64,000 nt of DNA. Origin: an uncultured delta proteobacterium. Its GTDB lineage: Bacteria > Desulfobacterota > Binatia > UBA9968. Positions within the stretch are counted from its first letter, which is position 1; every line of letters starts with the position of its first letter. A model generated the notes under the pieces. That model searched no databases and was not told the origin of the DNA. It saw only the letters and a list, made by a program, of their open reading frames with translations. The translations under genes and the position numbers were made by a program. Location: assembly GCA_963840855.1 (NCBI GenBank), contig CAWJBB010000041.1:269538-333537 (forward strand), given 5' to 3'. Positions 9,982-18,855 of the stretch are shown here, piece by piece.

Positions 9982-10953
9982 ATGAAGCTAGTTTCCTGCC
10001 TGTTAGCTCTATTGGTTTTCCTGCCGGTTAAAGGGCTCTGCCAGGAGCGCATCAAGTTTCCCGTGGGGGTGTCTTCCAAGGTGCTCGGTTACGGGCATCT
10101 ATGGGCGGCTTGGCGCCGCGGTTATTTCGAGCGTGAAGGTCTCGACGCGGAAGTCGTCGTGATGCGCGGCACGGCGCCGGCCGTGCAGGCGCTGATCGCC
10201 GGGTCGATCAACGCGGGGCTATTGGCCAACGACGGGCCGATCACAGCGGTGGAGCAGGGGATGGATCTTTCGATGGTTGCCAGCGGCAGTAAACTCACCC
10301 ATATGCTTCTCGGCGCGAAGAACTACAAGACCTGGGAAGATCTGCGCGGCGCGACCATCGGCTCTTCGACGCTGACTTCAGGGACGGCATTCGTTCTTCG
10401 AAGGGCATTGAAGCTCAAGGGCTTGGAGTACCCACGCGATTACAAGCTTCTCGCGGTCGGCGGCACGGGGCCATCCTTCGCCGCCATGAATGCCGGACAG
10501 ATTGCCGCGGCAATGCAAGCAGTTCCCTATGCTTTTCAAGCCCAGGACGCGGGATTTAACGTGATCGGCCGTATCTCGGATATTCTGCCGAATTATTTGC
10601 TGTCCGCCTATACCGTGAGACGTAGCTGGGCCGAAAAGAATCGCCCCACGGTGGTTCGTTTTCTGAAGTCGATTGTGCGCGCCAAGAAATGGTTCGAACA
10701 AGACCGCAAGGCCGCAACCGACTTTTTGGCGAAGGAATTTCAGCTGACCCCGAGCCTTGCCGAGAAAGGGCTCGACTATTATCTAACTACCCAGGCGTGG
10801 CACCCGGAGCTTGAAATCGAATTGGATGGTCTCAAGACGGTGATCGACATCTACGCCGAGCAAACCGGAATGAAAGGGGCGATACCGAGCCCGGAAAAAT
10901 ACGTCGACGCGAGTTACCTGCGGCAGGCGCTGAAGGAACTCGGCCTGCGGTAA
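9982..10953 (+). CDS. ABC substrate-binding protein, NMT1/SsuA/TauA-like
   Basis: Signal peptide; GYFEREGLDAEVV, DLRGATIG; RBS gaaaggag upstream. Confidence 0.8.
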   Translation: MKLVSCLLALLVFLPVKGLCQERIKFPVGVSSKVLGYGHLWAAWRRGYFEREGLDAEVVVMRGTAPAVQALIAGSINAGLLANDGPITAVEQGMDLSMVASGSKLTHMLLGAKNYKTWEDLRGATIGSSTLTSGTAFVLRRALKLKGLEYPRDYKLLAVGGTGPSFAAMNAGQIAAAMQAVPYAFQAQDAGFNVIGRISDILPNYLLSAYTVRRSWAEKNRPTVVRFLKSIVRAKKWFEQDRKAATDFLAKEFQLTPSLAEKGLDYYLTTQAWHPELEIELDGLKTVIDIYAEQTGMKGAIPSPEKYVDASYLRQALKELGLR

Positions 10954-11005
10954 CGCCTGCGTGCTTGCCCTCCGAACGGGCAACCACATAGGGTTGCCCC
11001 GACAA
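10953..11005. repeat. REP-like palindrome (GGGCAACC-ACATAG-GGTTGCCCCGACA)
   Basis: Stem gggcaacc/ggttgccc directly after a stop codon; resembles GTAG-type REPs. Confidence 0.5.
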
Positions 11006-11045
11006 ATTTTGGCGACGCTGAACCACTACCCCGTTTATGGTTTGC

Positions 11046-11075
11046 TTGACAGTTTAGTTTCAGGCTTGCTATGGA
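11046..11075 (+). promoter_or_regulatory. Putative sigma70 promoter
   Basis: TTGACA, 18 nt, then TATGGA preceded by TGC (extended -10), 37 nt upstream of ATG 11112. Confidence 0.35.
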
Positions 11076-11111
11076 TGATAGGATAAATTTTTCTTTCGAG
11101 GAGACCACTAC

Positions 11112-12152
11112 ATGCTAGACGGAAAACTTAGGATCGCGCCTACCTGTTATCATATGCTTCATCAAGTGCCGGTTCGGGTCGCGCACGAAATGAATTTCTT
11201 TTACGATGAGGGACTCAAGACCGCCGATGGCTCCCTCGCCTACGAGTTGCTCACCGACTCCATGGTGCCCTTCGGACTCGAAAAGCTCGGCATTTCGCAA
11301 GCGATGAAAGAGAAGTCGGTGGATATCGCCCTCGACGTCCAATCACGGACCATTTTCTATCAGCGGGCACGCGGCGCGGATATTTACATCCTCGCGGGTT
11401 GGCGCAATCAACATACGAACCTGTGGGTGGGGCCGCCGCATATAAAGTCCCTGCAGGAGCTGAAGGGCAAACGGGTGGGCATCAGCGACTATAACAGCAT
11501 TCGCCATTGGGCGATCCAGATTCAATTGAAAAAAGCCGGTCTGGATCTGGAACGCGACGTCGAATGGGTCAGGATCGGTGTCAATTCGAGCCTTCACGTT
11601 GATGCGATCCGTAGCGGTCGAGTCGAGTGCGCTCCGGTGCCGCCCTGGTACGCGGAGGACCTGATCAAAGAGGGCTGCAACGTGCTCGTCTCGCCGGCGG
11701 ATCAATATCCCGACGGGCGTCCCGAGCGGATCATTGCCGCTACAGGAAGAATCCTGGAAGAGCACCCCGATATGGTCAAAGCTTTTCTCAAGGGGATGAT
11801 CCGCTCCTATTGGTTTGTCCGGGACATGCCCAAGAACTACGAGTATATAGGAAATCTCGAAAAACGCATTCGCCTCCTTAGTCCGGACCCCGAGGAACGT
11901 ATCGTTCGTGAGCCACGCTCCCTCCGCGATCTGGAAGCAATGCCGTTTCCACTGGATGGAAAAGCGACGGGATTTGAAGACATGCTCAAAGAGGAGGAGC
12001 GGCTGGGCGAGCTTAATTACAATGTCCCGCCGATCAAAGAGGTTGCGGCGCAGGATCTGGTCGACGAGGCTTATCAAGAACTGAGAGCGCGTCCGCAGTT
12101 GGCGGAGGAATACCAGCGGGTAAGCAAGATCGCCGAGAAGTGGGGATACTAG
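11112..12152 (+). CDS. NMT1/THI5-like SBP-fold protein without an obvious signal peptide
   Basis: IKSLQELKGKRVGIS, LKKAGLDLERDVEWV, HPDMVKAFLKG; N-terminus not hydrophobic. Confidence 0.7.
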   Translation: MLDGKLRIAPTCYHMLHQVPVRVAHEMNFFYDEGLKTADGSLAYELLTDSMVPFGLEKLGISQAMKEKSVDIALDVQSRTIFYQRARGADIYILAGWRNQHTNLWVGPPHIKSLQELKGKRVGISDYNSIRHWAIQIQLKKAGLDLERDVEWVRIGVNSSLHVDAIRSGRVECAPVPPWYAEDLIKEGCNVLVSPADQYPDGRPERIIAATGRILEEHPDMVKAFLKGMIRSYWFVRDMPKNYEYIGNLEKRIRLLSPDPEERIVREPRSLRDLEAMPFPLDGKATGFEDMLKEEERLGELNYNVPPIKEVAAQDLVDEAYQELRARPQLAEEYQRVSKIAEKWGY

Positions 12153-12184
12153 TGCCGCTGGACAGGGTAGGACGAGAGGGTTTG

Positions 12185-13216
12185 ATGAAAACTAAAAGCT
12201 TGGCTGTACTCTTTTTAGTTATCGCCGCGCTTTTCGGCACGCGGCTGTACGCTCAAAGCGGCAAGAACTTCTACGAGGGAAAATCCATTTCGTATCTCGT
12301 CGGTTCAACCGCCGGTGGCGGAAGCGATTTGACGGCCAGGCTCGTCGCGCGGCACATGGAAAGGCACATCCCAGGTAAGCCGCGCATCGACGTCATCAAT
12401 AAACCGGGCGCTGGCGGCATGATCGCCATGAACGAACTATACAACCTGAGAAAGCCCGACGGCCTGAGCATGGTTCCGATCAACGTAAGTGCCCTGTTTG
12501 CCATGGCTGCGGGTAATGAAGCGATCAAGTTTGACCTGCGGAAATTTATCTGGCTCGGGCAAGCCTTCGACGACGCGCAGACGCTTTACTTGCGCTCCTC
12601 GACTCCCTACACGAGCTTCGATGCGATCCGAAAAGCCAATAAAGAAGGCAAGCTGCCGAAAATGGGCGCACAGTCCCTCGACCACACGAGCAACGTTGTC
12701 GTCAAGATCGTCGGTCACATTCTCGGCCTGGAGTTCCACGTTATTCCTGGTTATCCGGGCACGCCGCAGATCTTGCTCGACATCGAGCGGGGCGCCCTCG
12801 ATGGCCGGGCACAAAGCACGGGCTCACTCTTCGCAACCAAACGGGAGTGGCTGAAAAGCGGGTATGTGAAGGCGCTATTAACTTCCAAAAAAACCCGTGA
12901 CCCGCGAACCCCCGAGCTGCCCAGCATTGAAGAACTCGCGCCGTCGGGGAGCAAAGGCTTACTAAACGCTCTTCATGCGGCGCAAAATATATCCAGATCT
13001 ACCGCAGTGGCACCCGGGGTGCCGGCCGACCGGGTGAAAATCTTACGCGACGCCTTTAGCGCAATGACTAAGGATGAGCTTTTCCTGAAAGAGGCCGAAA
13101 AGATGGGATTGGAAATCAGTTTGATTCGCGGTGAAGACATGAACCGGGACGTCGAAGAAACCATCCGGGACAAGCGGCTCATGGAGATGTACCGGACGAT
13201 TACTGAGGTGAAGTAG
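12185..13216 (+). CDS. Tripartite tricarboxylate transporter substrate-binding protein (TctC/Bug-like)
   Basis: FYEGKSI..VGSTAGGGSD..AR, NKPGAGG, GYPGT, PGVPADRVKILRDAF. Confidence 0.85.
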   Translation: MKTKSLAVLFLVIAALFGTRLYAQSGKNFYEGKSISYLVGSTAGGGSDLTARLVARHMERHIPGKPRIDVINKPGAGGMIAMNELYNLRKPDGLSMVPINVSALFAMAAGNEAIKFDLRKFIWLGQAFDDAQTLYLRSSTPYTSFDAIRKANKEGKLPKMGAQSLDHTSNVVVKIVGHILGLEFHVIPGYPGTPQILLDIERGALDGRAQSTGSLFATKREWLKSGYVKALLTSKKTRDPRTPELPSIEELAPSGSKGLLNALHAAQNISRSTAVAPGVPADRVKILRDAFSAMTKDELFLKEAEKMGLEISLIRGEDMNRDVEETIRDKRLMEMYRTITEVK

Positions 13217-13468
13217 AAACAGCGCAGCTTGCGGTCGGCGGAGTTCGGTATGTTTAAGGGGCGTTTTTGAACAGACGAATACCCAGACATACTCCAACCT
13301 CTGACCATGCGCGACAAGCGGCTCATGGCTATGTACAAGACGATCACGACGGTAAAGTGAAATGTGTCACCAGCGATCAGTTTCAATTGCCAGGAAATTT
13401 AAATGAAGGAGGGAGGGGATACCAATCTCTGACGATTGACCATTTTCCCCTCCATATTTTTGTCCACT

Positions 13469-14905
13469 ATGTCTTCCCTCGCCATGCTCATCGATTTCGG
13501 CAGCACTTATACGAAAGTTGTCGCGGTAGATCTCGCTTCCGCCGAAGTTGTCGGCCGGAGCCAGTCGGCGTCAACCGTTCAAACCGACGTGCGTGAAGGA
13601 TTGCTCGACGCGCTGACGCAACTGCACGCGCGTCACGGCTTATTCGACTCACAACCCAAGGATCTCGCCGCTCTCGATGGCACGCTGGTGCTTGCTTCGA
13701 GCAGCGCCGCGGGCGGACTGCGCATGGCGGTGATCGGTTTGGTTCCCGGCCTGACGGTGGAGGCCGCGAACCAGGCGGCGCTGGGCGCCGGGGCTAAACT
13801 GATCGGCTCATGGTCGTTCAAGCTTCGTGACCAAGCGGTCGTTGAGATCGAAGCGCAGCGCCCCGACATGATCCTGCTCACGGGTGGAACCGATGGCGGC
13901 GACTCGGAAACGATCCTGCACAATGCAAGGCTGTTGGCCGGCTCCTCCCTCGCGGTACCCATTGTCGTAGCGGGTAACCAAGCCGTCGCCGGGGAAGTTG
14001 GCGCGATCCTCGGGCGGGGCGGAAAAGAAGTCCGCGCCGCCGCCAACGTTATGCCTCGTTCGGGTAAACTGGCGGTTGAGACCGCGCGCGAAGAAATCCG
14101 CAAATTGTTCATGGAGCGCATCACGCAGGCGAAAGGCATGGACCGATTGGGCGCTCTAGTTCCTGTGATTTTGCCGACGCCGATGGCGGTTCTCGAAGGC
14201 GCGCAGCTCGGCGCGCAGGGGACGGATGGAGATAATGGCTGGGGAGATCTGCTCCTGGTCGATGTGGGCGGCGCGACCACAGATGTTCATTCAATCGGCT
14301 ACGGACAGGCGACGGGACCGCAGGTGGCAGAAAAGGGATTACCCGAGCCCTTCGCCAAACGCACCGTCGAAGGCGACTTAGGTATCCGCTTCAACGCAGG
14401 GACGCTGGTGGAGCGCGTCGGCATCGAGTGCTTTGAAGGTGAATTCCGCGAAGCGTTTCCCCAATTCGACATCTCCCGCGCGCAAATCGCGCAGTACGTC
14501 GACGACATCAGCCGGGAAACTTCCAGAGTTCCTCAATCGGAGTGGCACGCCGCGGTGGACGCGCAACTGGCGCGCATCGCCGTGGATATCGGCGTGGAGC
14601 GCCATGTCGGCAAAAAGGAAAGAATCGTCACCCACGAAGGGGAAGCATGGATGTACTACGGCAAGGACTTAACCGAGACTCGGACAGTGATCGGCACGGG
14701 CGGCGTGTTTATTTACAATCCCCACGCCGGCCACATTCTTTCGGCGGGCAGTGTGGGCAATGGCCGTTATGAAATTCTCAGGCCGAAACAACCCGAGCTC
14801 TTCGTCGATGGGTCCTATCTGCTTTACGCCGTCGGCTTACTGTCGCGCGGCCACGCCGACGTGGCGCTGCGGCTGTTCAAACATTTCATAACGCCGCTGC
14901 AGTGA
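13469..14905 (+). CDS. glmL: Glutamate/methylaspartate mutase accessory (reactivase-like) protein, GlmL/MutL family
   Basis: LIDFGSTYTK, SSSAAGGLRM, ALGAGAK, GGTDGGD, PTPMAV, DVGGATTDVHS, KRTVEGDLGIR, IGTGGV. Confidence 0.85.
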   Translation: MSSLAMLIDFGSTYTKVVAVDLASAEVVGRSQSASTVQTDVREGLLDALTQLHARHGLFDSQPKDLAALDGTLVLASSSAAGGLRMAVIGLVPGLTVEAANQAALGAGAKLIGSWSFKLRDQAVVEIEAQRPDMILLTGGTDGGDSETILHNARLLAGSSLAVPIVVAGNQAVAGEVGAILGRGGKEVRAAANVMPRSGKLAVETAREEIRKLFMERITQAKGMDRLGALVPVILPTPMAVLEGAQLGAQGTDGDNGWGDLLLVDVGGATTDVHSIGYGQATGPQVAEKGLPEPFAKRTVEGDLGIRFNAGTLVERVGIECFEGEFREAFPQFDISRAQIAQYVDDISRETSRVPQSEWHAAVDAQLARIAVDIGVERHVGKKERIVTHEGEAWMYYGKDLTETRTVIGTGGVFIYNPHAGHILSAGSVGNGRYEILRPKQPELFVDGSYLLYAVGLLSRGHADVALRLFKHFITPLQ

Positions 14906-14919
14906 GAAACGGCGCCGTG

Positions 14920-15993
14920 CTACAAGGCAAAAAGCGCCTTCGGATTGTGATAGGTGATCTTGTCGTATTGGCTTTCGCTAATCGTGCCTTGTCTCTTGAG
15001 AATACGCAGCGCTTCGACTTCGGTGGACTGGTCGTTGTGTCCGTAGTCCGTGCCGATCGTAATATTGTCCTCGCCGGAATATTTGAGAATATAATCCACG
15101 TCATCGTCGGTCTGGCAGCTGACGAACTGGCGGTACTCTTTTAGCGGGTACTCCGGTATTGCCTTGCCAATGGCGCCCCAGCGGCGCTGCAAATCCTTTA
15201 CCACATAGGGTATCCACTGCGCGGCGGCCTCGGCCCAGTGGAAGCGGAGCTTGGGAAATAACTGCGGTACCTCGCTCATCATTACGGAATGACACGCGCC
15301 GATGACCGGGATGCGAAATTTCCAGAAGCTGCCGCCGCCGTTGTACTGCGAGACCAGATCGAGCACTTGCGGATTGCCGTTGCCGACGTGCACTCCGACG
15401 GCCATATCGAGGCGGCTTATCTCTTCGTACAGTGGATAGAAATAGGGATGGGTGATCATGCGGTTACCTTCGATGCCCCGCATGAATACGCCGCAGGCGC
15501 CATGCTGGCGGCAAAAGCGCAGTTCCTCCAGCGACGCGCTCATGTCGAGCAGCGGCAGGACGCAGATCCATCGCAGCCGCCCTTGGCCCTGCCTGTGAAT
15601 ATCGGCGAGCCAGCGGTTGTAACCCCTGCAGATGGCGATTTCCCACTCGGCCTTGTCGGCGATTTGCTCGATGAATATGGTCGGATAGAGCACCTGGATG
15701 TCGATGCCGAGTTGATCCATATGGCGCAGGCGGGCCGGCACGTTTTCCATTTCGCGGGTTTCCCGGGGCGTACCCATGTCGCGGCCCGTACGCTCGGCTA
15801 CGTCCGCTATCTCCTTGGCCGTCAAGATGATCCGCACTAGCCCGCGTATCTTGCCGTCGATGTACCAGTATTCGCCGCCGCTCTCGCCGCGCGGGCGCAC
15901 GATGAGCGGGCGATACTTTTGATCGGCGGAGTCCATGAAGTCCCAAGTATGCTCGGACTCCACGACGTGGGCGTCGGAATCGATGGTCGGCAT
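14920..15993 (-). CDS. Amidohydrolase_2 family protein
   Basis: IDSDAHVVE, RLRHMDQLGIDIQVLYPT, GVHVG, GTDYGH. Confidence 0.85.
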   Translation of the reverse strand: MPTIDSDAHVVESEHTWDFMDSADQKYRPLIVRPRGESGGEYWYIDGKIRGLVRIILTAKEIADVAERTGRDMGTPRETREMENVPARLRHMDQLGIDIQVLYPTIFIEQIADKAEWEIAICRGYNRWLADIHRQGQGRLRWICVLPLLDMSASLEELRFCRQHGACGVFMRGIEGNRMITHPYFYPLYEEISRLDMAVGVHVGNGNPQVLDLVSQYNGGGSFWKFRIPVIGACHSVMMSEVPQLFPKLRFHWAEAAAQWIPYVVKDLQRRWGAIGKAIPEYPLKEYRQFVSCQTDDDVDYILKYSGEDNITIGTDYGHNDQSTEVEALRILKRQGTISESQYDKITYHNPKALFAL

Positions 15994-16063
15994 GGCTGTT
16001 ATCTCCGCGGCTCGGTCTCAAATCGGCGGTCCAGGCTTGGTCCGCGAGACCCTCGTGCTGTGC

Positions 16064-16318
16064 TTATTCTTTGCCCTTGAGCAGGTGATCGTTGTCTTTG
16101 AGAAAAGCCTTCATCTCGTCGGCGATGTCGAAGAGCCGGCGCCATTGCTCCTTATAAAGCGTCACGGGAAACCTGCCGAGGCCGTAGACGGACAGCGCGC
16201 CTTTTTCGCTGACCTTGAGGCGCAGTTGGCCGGGTTTTCGTTGATCCATCTGCTCCCGCAAGACTTTGTTTTCCGCCTCGAGACGGGCAAGTTTTTCTTC
16301 GGCTGATTCTTCCGCCAT
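16064..16318 (-). CDS. Small conserved hypothetical protein
   Basis: Coiled-coil N-terminus plus LKVSEKGALSVYGLGRFPVTLYKEQW; RBS ggag upstream. Confidence 0.7.
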   Translation of the reverse strand: MAEESAEEKLARLEAENKVLREQMDQRKPGQLRLKVSEKGALSVYGLGRFPVTLYKEQWRRLFDIADEMKAFLKDNDHLLKGKE

Positions 16319-16601
16319 AACGACTCCATTCAAATCATTTATTTCCCCGCGCGCCGCTGAACTCGGCGCAGCGCGCGTGAATGGCCCTATCCTTAGCACA
16401 AGCGCCGTCCTAAGTCAGGCTGATTTTCGTGGCCCGTGTTCGTCCGAGCAAAAGCGCGAGGAATGATGACGATTTCCGCGACGCCGTCGAGCGCACCCTT
16501 CCACCTTGCTCAGGGCAGGCCAGGTGCGTCTTTTTTATGGCCCGCGAACAGCCGATTGGGCATTGACACCAACCACGCGTCGATGATAACCGCGAAGGAG
16601 A

Positions 16602-17474
16602 ATGGCTGAGCCCAACGAAGTCCTTTACGACAAACAGCGGAGCGGCGTGCTCATCACGCTCAACCGGCCGGAGGCGATGAATGCCGCCACCCGGCCGATG
16701 ATCAGGAAATTGTCGTCGGCGCTCGATGACGCCGTCGCCGATCCAGAGGTGCGCGCCATCGTGCTTACCGGTGCCGGCCGCGCTTTCTGCACCGGCATGG
16801 ATCAAGGCGGTGGGCCGGGGCGGCGCCGGGAGATCGACTGGCCTTACGGCGTTCGCTCGGGTATGACGGCCTCGGAATTTATCGACGAGTTCCGCGGTCA
16901 TCACAGTTTCTTCATGAGAATGTTTGAGTGCGAAAAACCCATCATCGGCGCGATCAATGGATGGGCCATGGGAGTGGGTTCATGGATGGCGTTATTTACC
17001 CACATCACCATCGCCTCGGAGCAGGCAGTTATCGCGCAGCCCGAAGTGCGGCATGGCTCGAACACGGGATTCATCTGGAGCTTGCTGGCGGGTTTCAAGG
17101 ACGGGCTCCGTTATTCCCTGACCGGCGATCACATCGATGCCCAGGAGGCCTTGCGCATCGGTCTTGTCTCTAAAGTGGTGCCGCAGGATCGGTTGCTGGA
17201 AGAATGTTTCAAGATCGTCGAGCGCATCGCGCTGGTGCCGCCGGAGACCGTCAAGCTCAATCTTGCGACCGCGATCATGGGTATGCAGATGATGGGTTTT
17301 CGTGACGCATGGACTCTGGACGGCCAGCTTTCGGCCGGGGCGCACACGATGCTGCGCGAGGAATTGCGCCGCCCGCTGGAAGAAACGCGCAAGAATCACG
17401 GCACGAAAGCGTATCTGCAGATGCGCGACGGGCCGTTTCAGCCGGAGCCGTTCGGGCCAAGAGCGAAAAAATAA
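16602..17474 (+). CDS. Enoyl-CoA hydratase/isomerase family
   Basis: ITLNRPEAMNA, GAGRAFCTGMD, KPIIGAINGWAMG, QPEVRHG. Confidence 0.9.
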   Translation: MAEPNEVLYDKQRSGVLITLNRPEAMNAATRPMIRKLSSALDDAVADPEVRAIVLTGAGRAFCTGMDQGGGPGRRREIDWPYGVRSGMTASEFIDEFRGHHSFFMRMFECEKPIIGAINGWAMGVGSWMALFTHITIASEQAVIAQPEVRHGSNTGFIWSLLAGFKDGLRYSLTGDHIDAQEALRIGLVSKVVPQDRLLEECFKIVERIALVPPETVKLNLATAIMGMQMMGFRDAWTLDGQLSAGAHTMLREELRRPLEETRKNHGTKAYLQMRDGPFQPEPFGPRAKK

Positions 17475-17604
17475 AGATGTTCCAAATGTTCAAGTCGTTC
17501 CAAACGTTCCAATCGTTGGATACAAAGAATTGATCCACATGATGTCGCTCTTCGGGACGACTCGAACGGCCGCTTTCGAGTAAGCAATAGATTGGAAAGT
17601 TAAC

Positions 17605-18486
17605 ATGGAGAGATACCAAACCATTCTATATGATAAACAAAGTAAGGGCGTTCTGATCACGCTTAACCGGCCGCGGGTGCTCAATGCCATGAACAAGCAG
17701 CTCAAAGAAGAACTGCGGGCGGCCTTGGCTGCGGCGGAAGTTGACGAGGATATTCGCGCGGTAGTTATCGCGGGCGCGGGCGATGCGTTTTCCGTCGGCG
17801 ATGATTTGGCCGAAGCGGGCGACCGGCCGATGGCATGGCCATATAGCATCCCGGAAGGAAATTCTTTAGGCCGTGAATACGACCGGCTGCGGGATGCGGC
17901 GCGCCAAGAAATGTTGGATCGCCAAATTGAGCGTTGGGAATTTCCCAAACCCATCATCGCTGCGGTGAGCGGATGGTGTCTTGGCGCCGCTTCGGCTTTG
18001 GCCTTGACCTGTCACCTTACCGTCGCAGCCGATGATGCGGTTTTCGGTCAACCTCAGGTGCGCCACGGCGACGGCAGCGATTTTATTTGGACGGTGCTGG
18101 CGAAGTTCAAAAACGCGCTGCGCTACGGTCTCACCGGAGACCCGCTCGATGCCAATGAAGCGTTGCGTCTACGCCTGGTAAATAAAGTCGTTCCTAAGGA
18201 AAGGCTCTTGGGCGAATGTTTTCGTCTGGTTGAGCGCATCGCGCTGGTGCCCCCGGAAACCGTTAAGATCAACCTGCAAAAGGCGACACTCGGCTGGGAA
18301 ATGATGGGCTTGGCGAAAGCCTGGTCGTTAAACGCCGAGCTGGCGGCGATGGCGCGGGTGGCGAAACGCGAGGAGTTTGCTCGCCCATTGGAAGAAGCCA
18401 AGAGCCGGGGCGGCATTCGCGCGTTTATCGAGACCCGCGATGCGCCGTTTCAGCCTGAACCCTACGGACCGAAATCCAAGAGATAA
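17605..18486 (+). CDS. Enoyl-CoA hydratase/isomerase family (tandem paralog of 16602-17474)
   Basis: ITLNRPRVLNA, KPIIAAVSGWCLG; shares VERIALVPPETVK and PFQPEP.GP with its neighbour. Confidence 0.9.
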   Translation: MERYQTILYDKQSKGVLITLNRPRVLNAMNKQLKEELRAALAAAEVDEDIRAVVIAGAGDAFSVGDDLAEAGDRPMAWPYSIPEGNSLGREYDRLRDAARQEMLDRQIERWEFPKPIIAAVSGWCLGAASALALTCHLTVAADDAVFGQPQVRHGDGSDFIWTVLAKFKNALRYGLTGDPLDANEALRLRLVNKVVPKERLLGECFRLVERIALVPPETVKINLQKATLGWEMMGLAKAWSLNAELAAMARVAKREEFARPLEEAKSRGGIRAFIETRDAPFQPEPYGPKSKR

Positions 18487-18533
18487 CCGTTCAAATCGTT
18501 CAAGACGTTCAAAATGTTCAAACCGTTGAAAAC

Positions 18534-18757
18534 AATGAAGCTCCTCGGAGCAAAGCTCCGAGGTATCTTGCGAAATTCCCCGACCTTCGTCGGCCGTAGC
18601 CGACTTCGGTCGGCGAAGGCAGAAGCCCTTCCACCCTCCTTGCCTACTCCGCCGAAGCAGTCGCTTCGGCTGCGAAGGCCGGGCGCCAAGGCTACGGAGG
18701 GTTCTCCTCACCTTCATCCTCGCAGCAAGCTGCGAGGTATTCGGCGAAGGAGAATAA
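18534..18757 (+). mobile_element. Non-autonomous IS200/IS605-like hairpin element (R1), copy 1 with two nested palindromic inserts
   Basis: Ends AATGAAGCTC...GGCGAAGGAGAATAA shared with 48616-48754 and 57008-57149; subterminal hairpins ctcggagc/gctccgag and cgcagc/gctgcg. Confidence 0.65.
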
Positions 18758-18855
18758 ATGGGTCGACATGATGTAAAGCTTCGGACGACTGGAACGACTC
18801 GAACTGCTGGAACAATTGGCACGGCTAGTTCGCTGAATGAGGAAAGGAGATACAA

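Noticed and set aside
13160-13360. DGR template/variable repeat pair
   Set aside because: Mismatches are not confined to adenines, many are synonymous, and there is no reverse transcriptase in the window
18514-18771. ORFs containing LHPRSKLRGIRRRRI (also 48593-48973 and 56978-57418) as a protein family
   Set aside because: They are translations of non-coding repeat R1; the ORFs overlapping R2 and R3 are rejected for the same reason
17478-18830. Nonamer arrays as a CRISPR array or coding repeats
   Set aside because: Degenerate tandem units without unique spacers; intergenic
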